Shown here: piece by piece, positions 19,714-27,186 of the stretch | Layout: every line of letters starts with the position of its first letter | How positions within the stretch are numbered: position 1 is the first letter of the stretch | Assembly: GCA_946610655.1 (NCBI GenBank) | Contig: CAMOCH010000001.1 | Coordinates: forward strand, 1 to 41,650 | Direction of reading: 5' to 3' | DNA: 41,650 bases | From: an uncultured Clostridia bacterium | GTDB lineage: Bacteria > Bacillota > Clostridia > Christensenellales > UBA1242 | Translations under genes and position numbers: made by a program | The notes under the pieces: model-generated | Databases searched by the model: none | What the model was told of the DNA's origin: nothing | The model's input: the letters and a program-made list of their open reading frames with translations, nothing else

Positions 19714-21879
19714 CTATTTGTTAACAATTAGTTCACTTGGTTTACTTGTGTAATATATGTTAAGTTTATGTAATGCTCTGGTGCAAACAACATAAAATAG
19801 ATTTCTCTCTTCCAGTGTATAATTTTTATCATTTGCATCACTAACAATAACAGCATCAAACTCTAGCCCTTTTGACAAATATGATGGCATAACCATAATT
19901 TTATCTGAATTAAAGGTTTTATCACGCTTACTATAAACTTTAACAGAACCTTGCAATTTTTTATCTATCACATATTTTTTAATTTCATCAGTTTCTGCTT
20001 GATTTTTAGTGATTATTGCAACAGATTTATATTGATTTTTCAAGTTGAGTGCATCTTTCAATAAAATCATATATTTATCTTTAACCGTCAATTTCTTCAC
20101 AAGCACAGGATCACCATGTCTTTCTATTTGATTGTATAATGGACTATCAGCTACTACTGTTTTTGCAAAGGAGTTTATCTCGGTTGTTGAACGATATGTT
20201 TTGCTTAAATACATACTTTCACTTCTAATTTTTTCTCTTGCCTCAGCAAAAATATTTAAAACCGAATCAAAGTTTTTATATGATGCAAAAGGCATTATAT
20301 TTTGATTTAAGTCACCAAGCAAAGTTATGTTTGCATTTTTGAAAATACTTGCAATAATTTTATATTGCATCAATGAATAGTCTTGTGCCTCATCAATCAT
20401 CACAAATTTAATTTGGTTTTGCGCGTTTGACCCAATCAATCTATTTTTGAAATACAAATATGCACTGACATCTTCATATGGCATGATGCCTTTATTAATG
20501 TTTGATTGTGTATAGTTGAATATTTCTGTTAGTTCATTAATTGTAAATCTGTTTTGTTTTGAAGTGCCAACAATATTATAAATCTCTTCAATTAAGTTAA
20601 CAAAATCATCTCTGTTTGAATATAAGCGATTATACAAATCTTTTGGTTTTATCTTTGATATTTGCAAGTTTTTACGCATTTTTGCAAGAATATTTTTGTT
20701 ATTTTGCGTTTTTATAGTTGTGTGCAATAATATCTTTTCAACAATTTTTTGATATTGTTTAAGATAACTTATGCCCTCTGAATCAAACTCGTTAGCTATC
20801 TTTTTCAGGTAATTTTTTTCTATTATAACTTTACCATCAACAACAATATCTTTTATGCCCAAAACCTCTTCTCTAATTTGTTCAAGATATTTTTCTATTA
20901 AATGTAAATACACTGTGCTAAATTTTAATTTAATAGAATTATAAACAACATCACGGGTTTTACCATAAATTTTTTCATATATGTCTGTTAAATTTCCAGA
21001 AACTTTATATTCAGTTAAAAATGTTTTAACATAGTCCATAAAAGTTGTTTGATAAACATTATCTTCACCAATTTGAGGAAGAACATTTGAAATGTAGTTT
21101 GAAAAAATATCATTTGGCGACAATATAAGCACATTACTATTGTTTATTTTATCTTTTAATGAATACAAAATATATGCAATTTTGTGCATTGCAACACTAG
21201 TTTTACCACTGCCAGCAGGACCACTAACAACAAGCACATCAACATCATTTTTTCTGATAACCTTGTTTTGCTCTTTTTGTATTGTGCTAACAATGTTCTT
21301 CATTTTGCCGTTTGTGTTTTCTTGGAGCATTTGTCTAAGCACATCATCAATAATTTGCATGTTTGTGTCAAACACTTCAATAATCTTATCTTTTTCAATT
21401 TTATATTGTCTTTTAAGGACAATCTTTCCTTTAATCTCATCTCCATTTGGAGTCACGTAACTTGCTTCACCCATTTCGTAATCATAGAACATACCACAAA
21501 TTGGAGCACGCCAGTCATAAACATAAAAACATTCATCATTTTCAAGTGTGGCAATACCTAAATATACAGGCAAAACATCTTCACCATCATCAAAATCAAA
21601 TCTGGCAAAATAAGCACTTTTTATCATGCGTCTATAACTTTTGAGTTTATCGGCAATTGTATTTCTGCTATATGACCTTCTATGAATATCTGCAATTGCA
21701 TATGTAAATTCAACATCAGATAATCTGTTTGTTGCATCCCAAGCATACTTCATTTCATCTTGAAGATCATCATTCAAATCGGCAACTTTACCACTGCTTT
21801 TTTCTATCTCTTTATTCAAAATATAGAGCACAGTTTTTAAGTAATCTTTTTCTTTCTTAAGTTCCTTATTATCTATCAT
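19714..21879 (-). CDS. helD: HelD-type UvrD-family helicase (helicase IV, RNA polymerase recycling factor)
   Basis: 721 aa. HelD-like N-terminus (YFARFDF...VYLGIATL...VYDWRAPICGMFYDYE), Walker A (VSGPAGSGKTSVAMHKI), a DEAQD box (VMIDEAQDYS) and C-terminal UvrD motifs (SKGLEFDAVIV...LFYVVCTRALHKL). Confidence 0.8.
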   Translation of the reverse strand: MIDNKELKKEKDYLKTVLYILNKEIEKSSGKVADLNDDLQDEMKYAWDATNRLSDVEFTYAIADIHRRSYSRNTIADKLKSYRRMIKSAYFARFDFDDGEDVLPVYLGIATLENDECFYVYDWRAPICGMFYDYEMGEASYVTPNGDEIKGKIVLKRQYKIEKDKIIEVFDTNMQIIDDVLRQMLQENTNGKMKNIVSTIQKEQNKVIRKNDVDVLVVSGPAGSGKTSVAMHKIAYILYSLKDKINNSNVLILSPNDIFSNYISNVLPQIGEDNVYQTTFMDYVKTFLTEYKVSGNLTDIYEKIYGKTRDVVYNSIKLKFSTVYLHLIEKYLEQIREEVLGIKDIVVDGKVIIEKNYLKKIANEFDSEGISYLKQYQKIVEKILLHTTIKTQNNKNILAKMRKNLQISKIKPKDLYNRLYSNRDDFVNLIEEIYNIVGTSKQNRFTINELTEIFNYTQSNINKGIMPYEDVSAYLYFKNRLIGSNAQNQIKFVMIDEAQDYSLMQYKIIASIFKNANITLLGDLNQNIMPFASYKNFDSVLNIFAEAREKIRSESMYLSKTYRSTTEINSFAKTVVADSPLYNQIERHGDPVLVKKLTVKDKYMILLKDALNLKNQYKSVAIITKNQAETDEIKKYVIDKKLQGSVKVYSKRDKTFNSDKIMVMPSYLSKGLEFDAVIVSDANDKNYTLEERNLFYVVCTRALHKLNIYYTSKPSELIVNK

Positions 21880-21906
21880 TTGTCACTCCTTTTGCATGTT
21901 TTAGCA

Positions 21907-23205
21907 CTATTTTTTATGATTATTCTTTATATTTTGCAGTTTTTGCTCAGAAAGTTTTATACTCTTTTCACTTCCATTTTCACTTGGTATATAGTAAACA
22001 TGGTCTTTAATTTCATCAGGCAAATATTGTTGATTAACATATCCACCATAGTCATGAGGATACTTGTATGCTGGTCTTTTTTCATTAAAATAATTTGTAT
22101 TTTTTAAATGACTTGGAACACTATCGTTATATGTTTGCTCAACGTCATCTGCAGCCAAATGCATTGCCGTTATCACACTGTTAGATTTTGGGCTCATACA
22201 AACATATATTATTGCATGCGTCAAAGGAATCAATCCTTCTGGCACACCCATCTTTTCAAGTGCAGTCATAGCCGAAACACTAACAACCATGGCTTGTGAA
22301 TTTGCAAGACCAACATCTTCACTTGAATGAGCAATCAGTCTGCGTGCAATTATAAGAGGATCACACCCTGCTTTAATTAATCTTTGACTCCAATAAACAG
22401 CAGCATCTGCATCGCTACCTCTAAGACTTTTACAAAACGCAGAAAGCATATCATAATAAATGTCTGTATCCATAGATATCACTCTGCCAGCCGTGCAGTC
22501 GTTAATAATCTCTTTGGTTATGGTAACTTTGCCATTTTTTGCTGGAGTTGAAAGCACAGCAAGTTCAAGATTACCAAGTGCAACTCTTGCATCACCATTA
22601 CAAGTTAATATTAGTTGTTCAAATGCATCGTCTTCAAGTTTAACATTGTATTGTTTTAAACCCTTTTCACTATCTATCGAATCAACAACAATCTTTTTAA
22701 TATCTTCTTTAGTCAATGAGTAAAATTGAAAAATTCTGCATCTACTTACAATAGCCCTGGTCATATTGGTATATGGATTCTCGGTTGTTGAACCAATAAA
22801 AATAATATAACCCTTCTCAATAGCTTCAAGCATGCAATCAGATTGTGCTTTACTCCATCTGTGACATTCATCAAGAAGCAAAAATGTTTTGCGCCCAGAG
22901 ACTTCTTTTTCATGTCTGGCATTATCTATAACTTTTTTAACATCAGCAACTCCACTAGAAACTGCATTGAGTGCAACAAAAAAACTATTTGTTGTTTTTG
23001 CAATAATATTTGCAAGGGTTGTTTTACCTGTTCCAGGTGGACCATAAAAAATACAGCTGCCAAGTTTATCAGCCATGATTGCTCTTCTTAAAAGCGAATT
23101 TTTGCCAACAATATGACTTTGTCCAACAAATTCATCAAGAGATGTTGGACGCATACGCTCAGCAAGAGGTGCTGTTTTAATAATATTTTCATCAAACATG
23201 TTCAT
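21907..23205 (-). CDS. rarA: Replication-associated recombination protein RarA/MgsA (AAA+ ATPase)
   Basis: Contains LAERMRPTSLDEFVGQ, Walker A (GPPGTGKTT), Walker B (LLLDECHRW) and a MgsA C-domain (YDMLSAFCKSLRGSDADAAVYW). The track start at 23244 is a TTG. An ATG at 23205 or 23199 fits family N-termini. Confidence 0.9.
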   Translation of the reverse strand: MNMFDENIIKTAPLAERMRPTSLDEFVGQSHIVGKNSLLRRAIMADKLGSCIFYGPPGTGKTTLANIIAKTTNSFFVALNAVSSGVADVKKVIDNARHEKEVSGRKTFLLLDECHRWSKAQSDCMLEAIEKGYIIFIGSTTENPYTNMTRAIVSRCRIFQFYSLTKEDIKKIVVDSIDSEKGLKQYNVKLEDDAFEQLILTCNGDARVALGNLELAVLSTPAKNGKVTITKEIINDCTAGRVISMDTDIYYDMLSAFCKSLRGSDADAAVYWSQRLIKAGCDPLIIARRLIAHSSEDVGLANSQAMVVSVSAMTALEKMGVPEGLIPLTHAIIYVCMSPKSNSVITAMHLAADDVEQTYNDSVPSHLKNTNYFNEKRPAYKYPHDYGGYVNQQYLPDEIKDHVYYIPSENGSEKSIKLSEQKLQNIKNNHKK

Positions 23206-23211
23206 AAAACT

Positions 23212-23240
23212 ATTATATACTATGTATATAATTTTGGCAA
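23212..23240 (-). promoter_or_regulatory. Candidate sigma-A promoter placed so that rarA would be (near-)leaderless
   Basis: Minus strand reads TTGCCA, 17 nt, TATAAT. The -10 ends only 6 nt before the ATG at 23205, and no SD lies in between. Confidence 0.4.
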
Positions 23241-23246
23241 ACAATT

Positions 23247-23960
23247 TTAAATCTTAAAATTATTGTATATGTAGAGAATGTTCGCAACTACTATTTTGAT
23301 TTTTTTATCAATATCATTTAATTCTTCAATAAAATAAAAAACGCATTTTCTATAATTAATATTCGAAATATTGCCAATTTTTACTAGATTTTTATTATAT
23401 TTTATTAATCCATAGTAAAAGGCATTTGAATATGTTGTTGATGAAACACAAGTTGTGACTGCCCCTAAATTTATATCTTTTTGAATTCTCTTCATATAGT
23501 TACATAACAACCTTAACCTATTATATAATTCAATCAATATTAAAGCTGGTAAAATATTAAGCTCTTTTTTATATAAATCATTAACTTTGATTTTTGCATT
23601 AATAAATTTTGATATGTTAATATTCCCTTGCATCAAAAGTTTATCAATACAAATTTTAGCTATATATTCAACTAAAGCACGCCCTTTTGCACTTCTATAA
23701 CGGCAAATTTGCGAATTTATTTTTCGTGACAAATTAATTGATATATTAAATAATTGTTGTTTGTAGCACTTAAAATTCTCTTCAGGGAATAGTGAGTAGT
23801 CAGTATTTAGTATTTTATAAATTAACTTATCTATTTTTATCGGTTTTAGCAATTTGTAGTAAATTTTTGTATTACATAGGTCATTTTTTAGTTTTTCCAA
23901 GCATTTTTTGCGTTTTTTATTTTTATGACTAATTAATTGGTTAATATCATTTATGTTCAT
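23247..23960 (-). CDS. Orphan hypothetical protein (Lys/Asn/Ile-rich, predicted helical)
   Basis: A 237-aa open frame in the most AT-rich part of the window, where stop codons are frequent, so it is unlikely to be open by chance. There is no SD, no recognisable motif and no transmembrane segment. Confidence 0.45.
   Translation of the reverse strand: MNINDINQLISHKNKKRKKCLEKLKNDLCNTKIYYKLLKPIKIDKLIYKILNTDYSLFPEENFKCYKQQLFNISINLSRKINSQICRYRSAKGRALVEYIAKICIDKLLMQGNINISKFINAKIKVNDLYKKELNILPALILIELYNRLRLLCNYMKRIQKDINLGAVTTCVSSTTYSNAFYYGLIKYNKNLVKIGNISNINYRKCVFYFIEELNDIDKKIKIVVANILYIYNNFKI
23329..23349 (+). repeat. Extended motif copy W (AAAATAAAAAACGCA core)
   Basis: The 15-nt core at 23331-23345 is identical to part of copies X and Z. 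It is inverted relative to X and lies inside the orphan ORF. Confidence 0.6.
23904..23928 (-). repeat. Extended motif copy X (minus: TCATAAAAATAAAAAACGCAAAAAA)
   Basis: Contains the TTTTGCGTTTTTTA core. It is a 21/21 inverted match to 25233-25253 and a 15/15 direct match to 24461-24475. It lies in the first codons of the orphan ORF, just downstream of the rnpB terminator. Confidence 0.7.
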
Positions 23961-23978
23961 ATATAATAAATTTTAAAC

Positions 23979-24006
23979 AAAAAAGCAGGATGATAAACAT
24001 CCTGCC
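23979..24006 (-). terminator. Rho-independent terminator of rnpB
   Basis: Minus strand reads GCAGGATG-TTTAT-CATCCTGC followed by T6. It directly follows the RNase P RNA 3' end. Confidence 0.8.
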
Positions 24007-24007
24007 C

Positions 24008-24344
24008 TAAGATAACCTATAAGCCGAGTTCTGTCATTTAAGATGATCATCTATCTAGTTATGCTGTTGCCAACATAATCAAGCGATTTTGGGAGCGAGC
24101 GAGCAACTCTTATGCCCCACATCTTGCACCACACTGAGTTTACAGCAGAAGTATGTCACCATACTAATGAGTGGGCTTTTACTCCACTTTTCCACCTGTG
24201 CCCTTTACAGCTAAGCTGTCAGTTGGCAGTCTATTTCTGTTGCCCTTTTCCTAATGTCACCATTGCTTGACGTTATCAAGAGTGTTTGCTCTATGGTGCT
24301 CGGACTTTCCTCACCACAAGTGGCGTAATCATCCAGTTATCTTA
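24008..24344 (-). ncRNA. rnpB: RNase P RNA (bacterial, type-A-like), about 337 nt
   Basis: The minus strand has the universal blocks GAGGAAAGTCCGAGCACCATAGAGCA near the 5' end and AGATAGATGA...ACAGAACTCGGCTTATAGG near the 3' end. These parallel E. coli GAGGAAAGUCCGGGCUCCAUAGGGCA and ACAGAACCCGGCUUAUCGG. A P1 stem forms between TAAGATAAC (5') and GGTTATCTTA (3'). The gene has its own promoter and terminator. Confidence 0.88.
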
Positions 24345-24349
24345 TAAAT

Positions 24350-24378
24350 AAGATATCACAAAGTTTAGATTTTGTCAA
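24350..24378 (-). promoter_or_regulatory. Candidate sigma-A promoter of rnpB
   Basis: Minus strand reads TTGACA, 17 nt, TATCTT. The predicted transcription start falls at the first base of the P1 stem. Confidence 0.5.
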
Positions 24379-24452
24379 TGTAAATTTTAATTGTTAGAAT
24401 AAGGCTCTGCTTTATATAATTTACATAGCATATTTTATATATATTTTACTAA

Positions 24453-24475
24453 ATTTGCAGTTTTTATTTTTATGA
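24453..24475 (-). repeat. Extended motif copy Y (minus: TCATAAAAATAAAAACTGCAAAT)
   Basis: A direct repeat of X. The 15/15 block TTTTTATTTTTATGA lies at 24461-24475 on the plus strand. It begins 4 nt after the sigK stop. Confidence 0.6.
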
Positions 24476-24478
24476 ATT

Positions 24479-25177
24479 TTATTTATATAAATCATCTTTT
24501 GCATATTTTTTTATAACTTCTAGAGCGTGTTTTTCTATTCTACTAATATATGATCTTGATATACCAAGCATATTACTTATTTCCATTTGAGTGTATTCAC
24601 TATATCCACAAATACCATATCTCATATATATCACTTTTCTTTCTCTCTCGGTCAATTTTTGATCAATGATTTTTTCAATTTGCTCAAATGCAATTTTATT
24701 ACTTATCTTTTCATCCAGGTCTTCATACTTATCTGGAATCACTTCGAGTAGTGACATCTCATTTCCATCTTTATCAGCCATAATTGCATCTTCAAGATAA
24801 ACTTGGCAGTTGTGTTTTTTGTTTGCTCGAATGTACATTAAAATTTCATTATCAATACACCTGGTTGCATAAGTTGAAAAGCTGTTATTTTTATTAGTGT
24901 TAAAATTTTTAATCGCTTTTAGTAATCCAATTGATCCTATTGCAATCAATTCATCTTGTGCCATATTCTGTTTATATTTTAAAGCAACATGCGCCACCAA
25001 TCTCATATTGTGTTTAACAAGTTTTTCTTCAGCCTCTTTGTCACCCAATTTATATTGCTCAAAAAGTTGTTTCTCTTCTTCACTACTAAGTGGTTTTTCA
25101 AATGCTTTATTTTCTTTTATTCTTCCAAACAAAAGCATTATTTTTGAAAATAATAAAGACAATAATTTAAATATCAT
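24479..25177 (-). CDS. sigK: Sporulation-type RNA polymerase sigma factor, SigK-like, with N-terminal pro-sequence
   Basis: 232 aa. It aligns by eye to B. subtilis pro-sigma-K. IKENKAFEKPLSSEEEKQLFEQ..GDKEAEEKLVKHNMRLVAHV corresponds to VKNNAFPQPLSSSEEKKYLEL..GDEHARNMLIEHNLRLVAHI. DKDGNEMSLLEVI corresponds to DKEGNEISLIDVL. GISRSYISRIEKHAL forms region 4.2. The hydrophobic 20-aa leader resembles a pro-peptide. The ORF is uninterrupted. Confidence 0.75.
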   Translation of the reverse strand: MIFKLLSLLFSKIMLLFGRIKENKAFEKPLSSEEEKQLFEQYKLGDKEAEEKLVKHNMRLVAHVALKYKQNMAQDELIAIGSIGLLKAIKNFNTNKNNSFSTYATRCIDNEILMYIRANKKHNCQVYLEDAIMADKDGNEMSLLEVIPDKYEDLDEKISNKIAFEQIEKIIDQKLTERERKVIYMRYGICGYSEYTQMEISNMLGISRSYISRIEKHALEVIKKYAKDDLYK

Positions 25178-25232
25178 ATTTTACTCCTTGATAAATTTTA
25201 TTATTTAATTAGACAAAATATGACAATTTGTG

Positions 25233-25262
25233 TAAAAATAAAAAACGCAAAAATTGCGTTTT
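25233..25262 (-). terminator. Rho-independent terminator after the U32 gene; contains extended motif copy Z
   Basis: Minus strand reads AAAACGCAA-TTT-TTGCGTTTT followed by TTATTTTT. Plus strand 25233-25253 (TAAAAATAAAAAACGCAAAAA) is the inverted copy of X. Confidence 0.7.
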
Positions 25263-25309
25263 AAAATTGAAATTTTATATGTTTTTAAGCGATTTATGAG
25301 AAAATTTTG

Positions 25310-26530
25310 CTATTTTCTTAAAATGTCACCTATTTGGATTTTACTAACATTACCAAAAATTTTAACCTTTGCTTGAACCAATTTTGCATCAACTATGTCA
25401 TTATTTTTATCATCAACAAGTTTCTCTATTGTTAATGTTGAACCCACTGGCAAGTTTGGAGATAGAATTTCCAAAGTGTCGCCAACGCTAAATTTATTTC
25501 TTTGTTCAACAACAATATAATCATCAGTTTTATCAACAACAATTGCAACAAATTTACTATCTTGTTGTTGATTAGAAGTTTCCAAATTTTGTCTTAGTTT
25601 GCCATCATTAATCATAAACCCAGTTGTGTAATCTCTGTGACTAGCTTTATAAAGTTCATCAACCAAATTTTGTGCAACCTTATATGGTTTATTATTTTTT
25701 ACGCATTCATAATAATAATCAATTGCTCTTCTATAACTGTTAACAACTGTTGCAACATAATATGGTGATTTCATTCTGCCTTCTATTTTAAAACTAACCA
25801 CACCTGCTTCAGCAATTTTATCAAGATACTCAATAAGCATTAAATCTTTGCTATTGAAAATATATGTTCCTCTTTCATCTTCTTCAACGGTAAGTTTTTG
25901 GTCAGGGCGAGATTCTTCACTGACATTATACTTCCATCTGCAAGCTTGCACACATTCTCCATGATTACTATCTCTGCCTGTTAGATAGTTAGATAACAGG
26001 CATCTGCCACTATATGAAATACACATTGCTCCATGAACAAACGCTTCAAGTTCAACATCAGGACAAAAATCATGTATTTTTTGGATTTCTTCAAGAGATA
26101 ATTCTCTTGCAAGAACAACTCTTGATGCACCCATATTCTTGTATGCTTGAACAGCATATTTATTTGTTGTGTTTGCTTGGGTTGAAATATGAATATTCAT
26201 TTTTGGAAAATGTTCTTTAATAAATGAGAACACACCCATATCTGAAACCAAAACTGCATCAACGCCAGCATCTTGAAGTTCTTTTACATAACTTTCAAGA
26301 CCATCAAAATCATTATCTCTTGCATAAACATTAATTGTTACATAGGCTTTAACTCCATGCTTATGAGCATAGCTGGCAGCCTCTTTAACTTCGAAATTAT
26401 TAAAGTTTGTTCCGTATGCTCGAAGACCATAATTTTTGCCAGCAAAATAGACAGCATCTGCTCCAAAATAGATTGCTGTCTTCAATTTTTCCATGTCGCC
26501 AGCTGGCGCTAAAAGTTCAATTTTTTTCAT
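25310..26530 (-). CDS. Peptidase U32 family protein (YrrO/TrhP-like, prephenate-dependent tRNA U34 hydroxylation factor)
   Basis: 406 aa. U32 signature (EAFVHGAMCISYSGRCLLSNYLTGRDSNHGECVQACRW). It lies directly downstream of a YrrM/TrmR-like methyltransferase, as in the B. subtilis yrrM-yrrN-yrrO cluster. Confidence 0.85.
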   Translation of the reverse strand: MKKIELLAPAGDMEKLKTAIYFGADAVYFAGKNYGLRAYGTNFNNFEVKEAASYAHKHGVKAYVTINVYARDNDFDGLESYVKELQDAGVDAVLVSDMGVFSFIKEHFPKMNIHISTQANTTNKYAVQAYKNMGASRVVLARELSLEEIQKIHDFCPDVELEAFVHGAMCISYSGRCLLSNYLTGRDSNHGECVQACRWKYNVSEESRPDQKLTVEEDERGTYIFNSKDLMLIEYLDKIAEAGVVSFKIEGRMKSPYYVATVVNSYRRAIDYYYECVKNNKPYKVAQNLVDELYKASHRDYTTGFMINDGKLRQNLETSNQQQDSKFVAIVVDKTDDYIVVEQRNKFSVGDTLEILSPNLPVGSTLTIEKLVDDKNNDIVDAKLVQAKVKIFGNVSKIQIGDILRK

Positions 26531-26571
26531 ATTTTCCTTTGTTTTAATATATTTTTTATATTTTTTTAGTT

Positions 26572-26588
26572 AAATTTTGCGTTTTTTA
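26572..26588 (-). repeat. Stop-codon-overlapping motif copy 4
   Basis: Plus strand reads AAATTTTGCGTTTTTTA. TTA at 26586-26588 is the TAA stop of the methyltransferase gene. Confidence 0.85.
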
Positions 26589-27185
26589 AACTTTAGTTGC
26601 AACTATCATTCCATCTTCAAGTTCAATAAGTTTAGCATTTTTTATATCTGTTCTATTCATAAAGTCATCTATAAATGATTTAAGTCTTTTTGTGATAGTT
26701 TTAAACCTTTTTGTGGGAGCTTTAACTGAGCCATCAACATAACCTCTAAACAAGACATTATCAATTAAAATTGTTCCACCACTTTTAAGAAGCATCATAA
26801 GCCCGTCTATCATATTTTGATATTGCGCCTTTGGCCCATCCAAAAAGATAAAATCAAAATATTCATTATATTTATCGTCAGCAACCATTAAAGCAACTTG
26901 AACCAAACAGTCGTCATTTATTATTTGAACCCTTTCGCTAAGACCTGCATCTTTAAAATTTTGAGTTGCTTCTTTGACTAAATTTGAATTATGTTCAATT
27001 GTTATAAGTTTTCCAGAACAATTTTTGATAATTGCCATGCCACTATAACCAACAGCTGTTCCTATTTCTAGTATATGTTTTGGATTAGTCTTTTTAATAT
27101 ACTCAATTAATATTTCATGGCTTTCATCTCTTATTATTGGAACACCCCTATGAGTGGCACTATCTTTTATATAAAGTTCTTCCAC
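26586..27185 (-). CDS. trmR: Class I SAM-dependent O-methyltransferase, YrrM/TrmR-like (tRNA 5-hydroxyuridine methyltransferase)
   Basis: 199 aa. SAM motif I (ILEIGTAVGYSGM) and an FDFIFLDGPKAQY motif of the caffeoyl-CoA OMT-like family. A GTG start lies 1 nt after the rnj stop, behind AAGGTG. Confidence 0.7.
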   Translation of the reverse strand: MEELYIKDSATHRGVPIIRDESHEILIEYIKKTNPKHILEIGTAVGYSGMAIIKNCSGKLITIEHNSNLVKEATQNFKDAGLSERVQIINDDCLVQVALMVADDKYNEYFDFIFLDGPKAQYQNMIDGLMMLLKSGGTILIDNVLFRGYVDGSVKAPTKRFKTITKRLKSFIDDFMNRTDIKNAKLIELEDGMIVATKV

Positions 27186-27186
27186 A

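Noticed and set aside
24479-25177. Possibility that sigK is split by a skin-like element.
   Set aside because: The ORF is continuous from the pro-sequence through region 4.2 in one frame. Only short flanking repeats are present; these are reported separately.
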